Of a stretch of DNA of 64,000 bases, positions 27,914 to 39,500 are shown piece by piece; within the stretch, counting starts at the first letter, position 1, and each line of letters starts with the position of its first letter. Location of the stretch: assembly GCA_964447495.1 (NCBI GenBank), contig CAYUTF010000001.1, forward strand, positions 1 through 64,000, read 5' to 3'. Position numbers and translations under genes: made by a program. The notes below the pieces were generated by a model. The model was not told the origin of the DNA, made no database searches, and saw nothing but the letters and a program-made list of their open reading frames with translations. This DNA is from an uncultured archaeon (GTDB lineage Archaea > Asgardarchaeota > Lokiarchaeia > Sigyniarchaeales > SOKP01).

Positions 27914-29314
27914 ATGGAAAAAACTGAAGATAGCATTCAACATTCGAAGTTGAATATGGCATCATATGGATTTGGAAAATTTTTAAATGAATTCATCGAA
28001 ATGGCCTTTACATCTTTCTATTTCTTCTTTTATGAAAGAGCAGTCGGTCTCAATACTGTACTAGTGGGTGTAGCGTTTACTATTTATGCTATTTGGAATG
28101 CGGTTAATGATCCTATAGTAGGTTATTTTACTAATAGACCATACAAATTTACTAAGAAATGGGGCAGAAGAAAACCTTGGATTTTGATTGGGGGTATCCC
28201 TTGGGTTCTTAGTTTCATACTAATTTTTACTCCCCCTCAAGTAGATCCTATTGGAGGGCAATGGATTATCTTTTTTTGGGCTATATTTGCGACCTGTCTT
28301 TATGATTTCTTTGGCTCAATATTTTTTGTCAATTTTGCCTCCCTCTTTCCAGATAAATTCCGTTCTTTAAAAGAACGAAGATTGGCAACGGGGATACAAA
28401 CTCCAATAGGAATATTTGGGGTGGCACTTGGTGCATTATTACCCGCTATTATTGTTACAGATTACAGTATAGCAAGTTTGTACGTCTTAATGGCAGGAGT
28501 TATGATAATTATTGGCTTAATCGTATTGGGAATATCGATTCCGGGTTATCGTGAAGATCAAGAATTTATTGATAGATTTCTTGAGAAACATGAAAAAAAA
28601 GATAGATGGTCATTCTTTGAATCTTTGAAGAATTCATTGAAACTAAAATCTTTTGTAGTATTTATTATAACATATACCTTATATCGATGTTTGGTAATTT
28701 CAATACAAGCATCTGTTCCATATGTTGTTGAATATGTATTAGCTGAAGGAACAATTATTCAAACAATTTTATCTGCGGGATTTCTTATTGGGGCCTTAAT
28801 TTCTTCTCCTATATGGATAATTTTAGCACAAAAAACAAATAATAATAAAAGAATAATACTGATTAACAGCATATTACTGACTTTATTTACAATCCCATTG
28901 TTCTTCATGAATAGTGTTGTAATAATGTTTATTGGGTTGATACTATGGGGTGCTGGCTTAGGTGGCTTCTGGACGATGCTATCCCCTGTACTAGCAGATG
29001 TTATTGACGATTCTGTAGTTAAATTTGGTAAACGTGATGAAGGTATATATAATGGATTTCAACAATTTTTTGGTCGAATGGGTTTATTTTTCCAAGTTTT
29101 AATTTTCACCACCGTTCATGTACTGACAGGATTTAAAGAGCGTGCTCCTTTAATAGATCAACCAGCTTCAGCAATATTAGGTATTCAAATCCATTTTGCG
29201 TTAATTCCGGCTATAGTTATGTTAATAGGAACCATAATCTTTTGGAAATATTATAAACTAACTCCGGATGTCGTAACTAAAAATCAATTAAAGGTCGAAG
29301 AACTAGGTTTGTAG
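27914..29314 (+). CDS. MFS transporter, glycoside-pentoside-hexuronide (GPH) family
   Basis: WNAVNDPIVG, WGRRKPW and LADVIDD...RDEGIYNG; about 12 TM; GAGGT SD at 27901. Confidence 0.88.
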   Translation: MEKTEDSIQHSKLNMASYGFGKFLNEFIEMAFTSFYFFFYERAVGLNTVLVGVAFTIYAIWNAVNDPIVGYFTNRPYKFTKKWGRRKPWILIGGIPWVLSFILIFTPPQVDPIGGQWIIFFWAIFATCLYDFFGSIFFVNFASLFPDKFRSLKERRLATGIQTPIGIFGVALGALLPAIIVTDYSIASLYVLMAGVMIIIGLIVLGISIPGYREDQEFIDRFLEKHEKKDRWSFFESLKNSLKLKSFVVFIITYTLYRCLVISIQASVPYVVEYVLAEGTIIQTILSAGFLIGALISSPIWIILAQKTNNNKRIILINSILLTLFTIPLFFMNSVVIMFIGLILWGAGLGGFWTMLSPVLADVIDDSVVKFGKRDEGIYNGFQQFFGRMGLFFQVLIFTTVHVLTGFKERAPLIDQPASAILGIQIHFALIPAIVMLIGTIIFWKYYKLTPDVVTKNQLKVEELGL

Positions 29315-29388
29315 ATCTGAAAACTATAATTTTTTCTTTTTTTTTTCTTTTTCATAATTTTAAATTAGAAATATTCATATGAAAACAT

Positions 29389-30567
29389 ATGAAAATAGAA
29401 TACTCTGAAAGAGTTAATCGATTGCCAAAGTATATTTTTGCGGCGATTGAGGAGTTAAAACTTCAGAAGAAAAAAGAAGGTGTAGATTTAATATCATTAG
29501 GCATTGGAGATCCTGACCTTTCAACTCCACAATTAATTCTTGATGAATTGATTAAGCAAGTAGAGAACCCTTCAAATCAGAATTATCCTTCAAGTATGGG
29601 AGAACCTGTTTTCAGAGAGGCTGTTAAGAGATGGTATAAAGTTAGATTTAATTTAGATTTTAATGTTGACACAGAAGTTACCAATTTAATCGGTGGTAAG
29701 GAAGGAGTAGCAAATATTGCTCGCGCTTTTATAAATCCGGGAGACATCGTTATGTGTCCTAATCCTGGTTATCCTGTTTATGAGAATGGAGGTACACAAT
29801 TAAGTGATGGCATCCCTTACAGAGTTCCGTTATTAATGAAAAATGGATTTTTACCGAATTTCGAGGATATAGACAGAGATGTTTTAAAGAAGGCTAAAAT
29901 GCTTTATTTAAATTATCCAAATAATCCTACTGGTGCTATTGCGTCAAAAGAATTTCTTAAAACTGCTGTAGATTATGCTGAAGATTATAACTTTTTTATT
30001 GTATATGATAATCCTTATTCTGAGTTTACATACGGTGATTATATTGCTCCTTCCCTCTTGGAAATTAACCCTGATCATATTGAGATAAATAGTGCTTCTA
30101 AGATGTTCTGCATGACAGGATTTCGCTGTGCATGGGCAGTTGGGAATGCAGAAATCATCGAAGGAATTCGAAAAATTAAATCTCAAATCGATTCCGGATG
30201 TCCTATCTTTATCCAGAAAGCAGTTATTAAAGGATTAAAGGAGTATACTTCAGAGAAAAAACCGAAAATTGTGAAGGATAATATCGATATCTATGAAAAA
30301 CGCAGAGATGTTTTAATCCAAGGTCTTAATAAGATTGGATGGAAAACAGAAAAACCAAAAGCTACATTTTATTTATGGACACAAATTCCTGAAAACGAAA
30401 ATAACAGTATGGAATTTGTTAAAAAACTTATAAATGTGGGAGTAATTCTTACTCCTGGTGAGGGTTTTGGTAAATTTGGGGAGGGCTATGTAAGATTTGC
30501 ATTAACTCAACCAATCGATAAAATAAAAGAAGCTATAGAGCGTATTGACAGAGTTATTAATGAATAA
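29389..30567 (+). CDS. PLP-dependent class I/II aminotransferase (LL-diaminopimelate aminotransferase-like)
   Basis: LGIGDPD, GGKEG, NYPNNPTG, DNPY, SASKMFCMTGFR and GEGYVRFAL. Confidence 0.85.
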   Translation: MKIEYSERVNRLPKYIFAAIEELKLQKKKEGVDLISLGIGDPDLSTPQLILDELIKQVENPSNQNYPSSMGEPVFREAVKRWYKVRFNLDFNVDTEVTNLIGGKEGVANIARAFINPGDIVMCPNPGYPVYENGGTQLSDGIPYRVPLLMKNGFLPNFEDIDRDVLKKAKMLYLNYPNNPTGAIASKEFLKTAVDYAEDYNFFIVYDNPYSEFTYGDYIAPSLLEINPDHIEINSASKMFCMTGFRCAWAVGNAEIIEGIRKIKSQIDSGCPIFIQKAVIKGLKEYTSEKKPKIVKDNIDIYEKRRDVLIQGLNKIGWKTEKPKATFYLWTQIPENENNSMEFVKKLINVGVILTPGEGFGKFGEGYVRFALTQPIDKIKEAIERIDRVINE

Positions 30568-30582
30568 AATAAAAAAATAAAA

Positions 30583-30825
30583 TTATTTTGAAAGATTGTC
30601 GTACTTCTTCCTCAGATACGCCATCTTTTTTTCATCCTCATTTTCTAAGTCTGAGGCATCTAAAAACATCATTAATGGGGCATTATCAGAGTTCCAATCT
30701 TTATAATAATCTAGAATCATCTTTGGATCGATTTTCCCAGAGAATTCTTTATTCGTACTTTTCACCTCCTTATGTATTATTAAATTCTCGCATAGAAAGA
30801 TCAATCCACTTTCTACCTCTTTCAA
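30583..30825 (-). CDS. Small hypothetical protein (80 aa)
   Basis: ORF with a TTG start and plausible composition, converging on the aminotransferase. Confidence 0.45.
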   Translation of the reverse strand: MKEVESGLIFLCENLIIHKEVKSTNKEFSGKIDPKMILDYYKDWNSDNAPLMMFLDASDLENEDEKKMAYLRKKYDNLSK

Positions 30826-31188
30826 TTAATTTTTAGAATATTATGTTAAGAGAACAAATCCCGAAAAGTTAAAAGAAAAAGGTAAAAAGAAGGATTTATT
30901 CTCTCTTCATAATACTACTAAATCTGGGATGAAGGCTCTCTTATAGCCTGCCCATGAAGTTGTAGTATTATGATGTGAAAATTTCATTATAATTAAATTC
31001 TGTATTAAAAAAAGAAATAGAATTGGTAATTTATAAATTTACCCATTTCATTCCCATTATAACAGAAAATTCCAACACAATCACCTTAGATGACTATGAG
31101 ATTGGATTTCAAAATTCTTTAAATAAATTCATCGTTTATTATATTGAATGGAAATAGCATTCAATAAAAAATATGGGGATTTAGACGT

Positions 31189-32508
31189 ATGGATAAAAAA
31201 ATCGTATTAATAGGCGCGGGTTCTACTTCATTTGGACCATCTATGTTTTCTGATTTATTTTTAAGCAATATTTTGGAAGGATCAGAAATTGTTTTACATG
31301 ATATTGATAAAAACAAACTAGATATGATGTATGAACTATTAGTTATTGAAAACGAGCGAAGAAAGGATAAGTTTACCTTAAAAAGAACAATAAATCGACA
31401 AGAGGCGTTAAAAGAAGCTGATTTTATAATAAGTTCAATAGAAGTTGGAAATCGAATGGAATTATGGCGACAAGATTATAAATTACCAAGAAAGTATGGT
31501 TCTACTCAAGTTTTAGGTGAAAATGGAGGTCCAGGAGGTATCTTTCATACGTTCCGTATCCTTCCGAAAATTATAGAAATTGTTAAAGATGTCGAAAGAA
31601 TATGCCCAGATGCTTTTTTCATTAATTTTTCAAATCCAATGTCTCGAGTTTGCCTCGGAATTAAACGAGCAGTTAAGATCAATTTTATCGGTCTTTGTCA
31701 TGAGATCCATTCACTGGAACATCATATACCAATAATGTTTAGAAAAAAATTGGCTGACCTCAAATTAGTTGTTGCAGGATTGAATCATTTTGGGTTCTTA
31801 TTATCCTTAGAAGATACAATTTCAGGAAAGGATTTTTTACCTGAATTTAATAAGAAAGTGATGGAATATTTTAAGGGAAAAGAACATCGGTTTGAATTTT
31901 CAGAATTAACTTTTGAAGTCTATAAAAGATTTGGTTATTTTCCCCACGCTGGAGATAACCATATGGGAGAATATTTACAATTTGCCGAAGAATTTACAAA
32001 AACTCAAGATATGATTGATTGGATTGACCGCACTGAAAAGTTTAATCAAGATATTTTTAATAAAGCAGTTAGATATCATAAGAATCTAAAGAAGAATAAA
32101 TATCTTAAGAATGGTTTTCTACTTAAAAGTGCCTCTGGTGAACGAGCAATACCTATTATTGAGGCTATTTTAACCAATAAAAATTCTTACGAGAATTCTG
32201 TAAATGTTCCGAATAATAGCATTATTGATAATCTCCCTCAAGATTTAGTAGTTGAAGTACCCTGCATAGTAAATAAGGATGGAGTAAAAGGAATTAAACT
32301 AGGGAATATTCCTAAAAATGTCGCTGCAATCCTTAGGATTGAAGCTACGATTCAAGATATTTGTGTAGAGGCCATCTTACAACGATCAAAAGATCTTGCA
32401 TTAACTGCATTAGCGATTGATCCCAATGTAGGAAGTTTTAAGAAAGCTGAAAGTATATTTGATGAGATGATTCAAGTACAGAAGGATTATTTACCGATTT
32501 TTAAATAG
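31189..32508 (+). CDS. GH4 NAD-dependent alpha-galactosidase/alpha-glucosidase
   Basis: LIGAGSTSF, GENGGPGG, NFSNPM, GLCHE and AGLNHF. Confidence 0.9.
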   Translation: MDKKIVLIGAGSTSFGPSMFSDLFLSNILEGSEIVLHDIDKNKLDMMYELLVIENERRKDKFTLKRTINRQEALKEADFIISSIEVGNRMELWRQDYKLPRKYGSTQVLGENGGPGGIFHTFRILPKIIEIVKDVERICPDAFFINFSNPMSRVCLGIKRAVKINFIGLCHEIHSLEHHIPIMFRKKLADLKLVVAGLNHFGFLLSLEDTISGKDFLPEFNKKVMEYFKGKEHRFEFSELTFEVYKRFGYFPHAGDNHMGEYLQFAEEFTKTQDMIDWIDRTEKFNQDIFNKAVRYHKNLKKNKYLKNGFLLKSASGERAIPIIEAILTNKNSYENSVNVPNNSIIDNLPQDLVVEVPCIVNKDGVKGIKLGNIPKNVAAILRIEATIQDICVEAILQRSKDLALTALAIDPNVGSFKKAESIFDEMIQVQKDYLPIFK

Positions 32509-32579
32509 CATAATAATTTTTCTTCCCTTTCTGTCTAAGATACATACATTTTTTTATCAATATTATCTAATTATTACTT

Positions 32580-33521
32580 ATGAAATCTGATGGGAGAGAG
32601 ATTTCTGGAGGGAAAATTGAAAAAGCAACAGAGCTATTGTGGAAAATTTGGTGGTTTTCCTTTTATATGCTTATTGTTCCTTCTTTAATTGCTGTAATTG
32701 GGTTTTTTATCTTTTACTTTATGCTTCATGATGTTTTTATTTCATCTGGATTTACCGTTCTAACCTTTATGTTTTCACTACTTGTTTTTTATAAACCATT
32801 TGATAAATATAGAAATGATCCATTCTTTCTTAAAAGTACAAATAATCCTTCAGCACGAATACATATTTTATATTTAATATCAATAGTAGCATTAATTGTT
32901 ACTCCCATTTTTGTCTACATCACTCCCGAGAATTACCATTTTGAACTATTACCTTTAATATCCTATTGTATATTGTATAATGTAGTATATCTTTATTTCA
33001 TATTCCAACCAATTGATTATTTTGATTTTTCGGAAGGTAAGTTCAAACATTCAGGACCTTTTTCAGATTCAGTAAAAAAATTCTATAATTATATCATCGT
33101 TATTAATTTTATCTCTCATGTAGTGTTCCTATCATATACTTTTGATACAAAATATTCTTGGTTATTTGCACTTATATCAGATCTGATATTTTATTTAATC
33201 TCCATCTTATCAACGAGAAGTTTATGTAAGAAAATTACTATAAAAATTCAACAAAAAGAACCAATAATTTCCGAACTAAATGAGTATAAGCATAAATTTT
33301 CAATTTTAGTAATTAGTCTAATTTTTTTGTTATTAATCCAAATGCCATTCGTCGTTATTATAATCTTTAGTCTATTGGGTCAAGTATTTTCATATATAGA
33401 AATTTTTAACGCCTCTTTATTTTCTATAGCACTATTTCTGTTTTACTTAAAAACTAGAGTCTATTTTAGTATTTATCATTATAGAAGCATAAAAAGGAGT
33501 GAGTTCGATGCAAAAGAATGA
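32580..33521 (+). CDS. Hypothetical polytopic membrane protein (about 8 TM); possibly the N-terminal part of the next ORF
   Basis: Hydrophobic ORF overlapping the start of the 2548-aa ORF, which is in the +1 frame. Confidence 0.7.
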   Translation: MKSDGREISGGKIEKATELLWKIWWFSFYMLIVPSLIAVIGFFIFYFMLHDVFISSGFTVLTFMFSLLVFYKPFDKYRNDPFFLKSTNNPSARIHILYLISIVALIVTPIFVYITPENYHFELLPLISYCILYNVVYLYFIFQPIDYFDFSEGKFKHSGPFSDSVKKFYNYIIVINFISHVVFLSYTFDTKYSWLFALISDLIFYLISILSTRSLCKKITIKIQQKEPIISELNEYKHKFSILVISLIFLLLIQMPFVVIIIFSLLGQVFSYIEIFNASLFSIALFLFYLKTRVYFSIYHYRSIKRSEFDAKE

Positions 33522-36500
33522 TACATTAGGTTCTGATAGTAAAATTCAGAGATATCAAATTATTAATCTATTATTATCATTGAGTTTTATATTAACAAGT
33601 ATTATATTTGCGTATTTAATTGAATACCCCGTTATAATTCTTATAATTACTCCTATAATTCTTTTAATAACTTATTATGAACAAAAATCCGAAATTTGTC
33701 CTCGAAAATATAGCCGATATGTATATTTAGTTAGCATTTTAGTGATATTAGGGGTTATGAATTTTTGGATAATACCTCTCTTTTTTGTAACTTATCCAAT
33801 GAATATTCAAGTAATAGTATTTTCTATTGTCCTATACCTTTTATTGCAATACTTTATAAGATATGATTATTTTAGAAGAGAGAATGTAATTATCGCACAA
33901 CATCTCTTAGCTTTTCTTACATTTTTAACTTTTATTTATTCACTCTTTCCCATTCTTAGTTTTGAATTCTCCAGTATTTCAAATGAATCTATTGTTTTGA
34001 TTTTAAATATCTTAACTCATGTATTAATTAATCTTTGTGTATTATTAAGCTCATTTTATTACCTCTATATTCGCCAATTGCAAATAAAATCATCTCGATT
34101 TTTCAATATAAGCATAATGGCGATTTTTTTACTAATTGAGTTCGTTTCTTATGCTATAATAAATTTAATGAACTTTTTTCTTGTACCTTTCGATATATTT
34201 ATACAAACTTTTCTTTTAAGTGTAAATTTAATTCCAGTTATTTTCTTAGGTTATGTATTTTTGAACTATATTTTAGGAATCATTCCTGAAAAGCTAAGTA
34301 AAAAGTTGGCGTATATATTATTTTGGAATATTTTAATTATGATATGTTTTTCGATAATCGTTATTTTTTATTATTCCTTCCGAGTGATACTTATAACACT
34401 TTTATGTTTTTCAATCATTTCCCAATTCTTAGTTAAGTTTGGGTTTAATAATGCAATTATTTCAGAGAAAATCTTAACCTGGTATAGAAAATTAAGTTTT
34501 TATTTGATATATTTAGAAGTGTTTATTTTAGCATTCACTTCATTCTTTGAACTATTTCAAGTATTTGAGATACTCCAAAATCTATTCTTATCAACTTTCT
34601 TTTCTCTAGTAATCATCACTGTTTTACATAATGTCGTGTATAGCACTTTTCATATCTCAAAACTTTTAGCTTACATCCTAAATACTAGCTTATTATTTTT
34701 TACTAACTTCTTGGTGTTTTTTTATAGCGCTCTTTTAACTTTAAACACATTCTATATCTTTCTAATTCCTATTACTTTTTCAAGTATTTTTTTAAATATT
34801 CCATTATACTATTTAAAAACTGTTGTGAAAAAGAGGTTTTTAATCAAAAAATTAATTATTATTAATAGTTTTATTGTTTCAATTGCTTTTACAGCTATTC
34901 CTTCAGTTATCTCCTTAGAAATGATTAAATTAGGGTACCTTGTTGATATTGTGTCTACATTTAATTTTTCTATCTACATTCTTTACATAATATTGGGATG
35001 CATTTACATTTTTTCCAGGAGTCTCAATCTAAAGGAAAATAGCAAAACTGCAATTCTAAAATCTCAGGTTTTTATAGAAATCATAATTGCATTTACGACA
35101 GTTTTTTATTATCTGAATGTGCTCCTTAAAGATACATTATATGGCTTTATATTACCAATTTTAGCTACATCGGCCTTTTTATATATCCCCTTATTATTTT
35201 CTTACAAAAAGAACTATTTCCTAAACCTATCGATCCGAAGAATTATCATAGTTAATACTTTTATTTTTTGGATTTGCATTATTTCCACACCTTCTTTCAT
35301 AGCACTTGAATTAGCGATTTTAGGGTTCAATGTTGATTCAAATGTGATTATCTTAGTGAGTATAATACTATGGTTCATTTTTTTAAAATTCCTTGACATT
35401 ATCACACAGTTTTTAAAGATTAAAGAGAAGGGTATTGAATTCATAAAAATTTGTCAAATTTTTAGCTGGATTGCAATTTGCATTTTGGTTAGTAGGCAGG
35501 TTTTTCTATTCTTATTTGATATTTTTAGTGGTGATCTTCTTTGGGGAGTAAACATTTCTATTTCACTTATATCATTTTTACTGCTAAATATCCTTAATTT
35601 ATCGTTATTGGAAAGTTTAAAACAGATTACTTTTGAAAATAGAGAGAGCAAATATGATTATTATAAAATTTATAAAATTTATGAATATAATAAAAATCTC
35701 ATTTATTTTGGATTGATTTTTGCGATATCTCTGCTAATAAGTTTATTAACTCAACAGATTGGGTTATTATCGCTTATTTTTATAGATGAGACGATTCTTA
35801 TCCCCTTACTGGTTCAAATAGGTATATTTATGCTAATTTCTTTACTATTATTGCGCATCACTTCATCCTTTTTTGAAATAGAGTTTGTTAAAACCAAATT
35901 AATCTTAGAAGCAATATGTTGGTTTGTTTTAAAGATAATAATATGCCTGATTTTAATATTCATTCCTTTTAATATATCCTTCTTTAATCGATTTTTATTA
36001 GTCGTATTAGTGTTTTCAGTCTTAAGTCCGATAAGTTTGTATTTCTTAAGTGAACTCTTTGTCATTTTAGACTCATCAATAAGAAGAATGAAAAAAATCA
36101 TAATAATAATCTTCCTTATATCTGCTCTAATATTTTTCTCAGAACTGTATTGGTTAATATATTTTGATCTCCATCTTTTTGCTATTGATCAAACTCTTTT
36201 AATTTTAAATTATGCTTGTATAGTTTACCTATTTTTAAATTTCGTAATTACTTATTATCACAATATTTTTGAGGGAGAAGAAAGCTTAAAGATTTACAAG
36301 ATATTCGGACTAGATATCTTGCTCTCCACCTCATTGCTATTGATTAATTCTAGCTTCTTTATCTTTTTCTTACTTCTCCTCTATTCTATTATTTTATATA
36401 ATAGAAACCGAAATATTGTATTTCGCATAATGATATACTTGGTTCTTTCAATTTTTTGTTTAATTGAAGTATTGATTAATTTTAATTATTTTAATTTTTT

Positions 36501-39500
36501 GAAAGCGTATATCCTCAATGATATTGGTTTCTTTATATTAATTGCACTAATCTCAATTATATCAGTTTTATTATTTTCAGTTATCATTAATGCTAAACGA
36601 GAGAATTTTATCGAGAATCATTTGCTTTATATTTTATTCTCATTATTGTCTTATTTTACACTTCTAACTTTCACTTTATTACCCCAAATATACAGTCTCT
36701 CGATTTTAATTTTAGTTTATTTGTTATTTATTGGAGTATCCCTATATCGACGGGAAAGTGAAAATTATAAGTGGTATATTGGTCCATGCATTCTTATTTT
36801 TATATTTGATTTTATTTTCTTTTCCTCAGACGTTTTTCTTTTCACTGGAACATTATTTTACAAGTACAAAGCAATACTAGGAATATCTCTAACATTAAGT
36901 ATCACAGGATTGCTATTCATATTAATATATAATAGCGCATCCAAGAATTTGAGAAAATATTCGTTTATTGTAGTTTTAGGAATGATTTTAGGAACATTGC
37001 CTACATTTATATATTTTCTGTTGATTTCTCTATTCGCACTCCCTATTTTAGATCCTATAGCATTAATTGTTGCCATAAATGTCTTCATATTTCTTTTTTA
37101 TCTCTCAATTGGGATTTATCAAGGGAAAATCTCATGGCAAATTTGGAGAACTGGTTGGTGGCTGTGGATTATCTGTCCAATTGCTAATTTTTATATCATC
37201 TATGAAAGTTTCGCAGGTGTAGATCTTTTTACGAAATCATTATCCTTTTTCGGTCTCTTCACCATTAATGGCTCATTTATCCTTTCCATCATGATCTGTA
37301 TAGTGATTTCACTTCCATTTTGGTATTCCTGGATTAAAAAACATTTTTCTGAAACTTTGTTGATAGTGTGGGGGTTAAGTTTATTTGCTTTGTATTGGCT
37401 AAGTCAAAATATATTTGCCGATAACATATTCTTCACAAATTTTCTCTTTATCCTTTTTGCAATCTTTTTATTAATACCCATATTTTTTTGGATGAAAGTA
37501 TGGAAATTATTATCACTCCTTTGGACAATCTTCTCAATAACTATGGTCGTATTTTTATTTATCCTTTTTAGTGAGTTAGGTTTTATCTTTGAGATAAATT
37601 TTTCTCTTAATATTATGATAGGTGGAACTTTTTTCATCATAGCATCGTTTTTTCCTACATTTCAAGCTCAGAAGAGTGTTATTCTAATATTATCTTACTC
37701 AATGGTTATAATTGGAATATTCTTGACGGTGTATAATATTAATTACTTGCTATTTTTAAATTTTCCAATCTCATTAGCTATTTCTTTAATAATTATTGGA
37801 ATGAGTCTTTTTAGTTCCAAGCTGTTCAAATTAAACCAATCAATATTTAATTTTCTTATCTCAATTGTTCTAATCTTTGGGTTCTCATTACTCAGCTATA
37901 TAACATTTAGTCTAATACCTAACTTTGAGCTATTTTCTGTATTTTTGACAATAACCGTTGCGGGGATCTCGTTTTTTGCCTTTAACCATTATAAAATGTT
38001 ATTAGGAATTAAGAAAATAATCCCTATCTCTATACTTTCTATTGGATTATCTTTAACGTTATCTAATTTAGTTCTAATACTCTTTTCGGATGCATTCTTT
38101 TTATCAGGTTCAGTTTTTATTGCGATTAATTTAATCTTCCTTTATTATTTATTGTATGAAAAAAGATTCATTATGTTGTATTTATTTCCTCTGCCATTTA
38201 CAATCTTTTTTCTTGAATTTATAAGACTTATTGAAATTTTTCAACCTTTAGCTATTTTTATACTAATTGGTTTGATGTTATACACTACTTTCTTTCAACT
38301 TATCTTAAACATACTAAATCCAAATAACCAAAAAGTTAAAGAAGAAGATTTAAAAGGCTTAAAGAAGTTTTTCAAAAATCAGAATCAAGTAAAAGTATTA
38401 AATTTTCTCTCATTAGTTTTAAATAGCACATATTTCTCACTTTTTATAGCATTTATAAGCCAATTATCTATTTTGTATAAGATAATAGAATTCTTCATTA
38501 TATGGTCTATTTTGATCTTAATAAGTTTTAAATATTATAAAAAGTGGGGGTTAGACAAGGAATTTGTTGTCATATCTTCAAAAATTTTGAAATTCGGCTC
38601 TCTAATTGCTTTATTCTTATATTTCGAAATCTCTATCTTAATGCTTGGATTGTTAATGGAATTTTTCTTATTGGATATTCAAACAAGTGTGATAATTTCC
38701 TTGACATTTTATTTCCTTCTAAATACATTGGATATTTATGTTATTAAAAAAGGTTATAAAAATGTAATGCACATTCTAAATATTATCGTCTATACCTTTC
38801 TTTCGATTTATACATATATATTCTTAAATCAATTTACAATAATTAATAGTGATTTAGCTCTCCTCTTTATAATAATACTATTATTGATGCAATTCTATAC
38901 TAACTATGCCACATTTAACTTTTTAAAAGGATTCAATAAATATGATAACACTAAACTAGATAACCTTAAAGGGTATATCAAAAATATTATATTAAATTTA
39001 ATCTATATTACGATAAGTCTTTATAGTGCAACATTAATAGTTAGTTTTTTCCAAGTGAGCTTTCTGGGTATTTATGCTATTTCTTTATTCTCGTTATACA
39101 TCATGATATTCTCCCTTTTAATGTATTTCTTTAACTATATCATCAAGAGCAAATTTAAACCTATTTTAACCTCTTCACTTTTTATTGTATTTCAACTTTC
39201 ATTAGGATTATTCTGGGTATCTTTTTCTATTTATCTGAATTTATTAAATTTATTCAATATATCATTGATACTCATAGCTGAGACAACACTATCTTTTTAT
39301 TCTACTAAATTATTAGGAATGTTATTTAAAGAAAAAATTAGGGAAAATATAGTAGCTCAAATTTATTCGATCATAACGATTATTATATATTTTGAGTTAT
39401 CTTTCCTTGTTTATAGCATTTCAAATTTAATCTTAGGAATCTATGAAAGCTTATTAGCCTCACAAATATCAATATTTTTAATTTCTTTTCTTGAAATAGA

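Noticed and set aside
30830-30946. Short Lys-rich open frame on the + strand (FLEYYVKRTNPEKLKEKGKKKDLF…)
   Set aside because: No start codon or motif; insufficient evidence for a gene or pseudogene.
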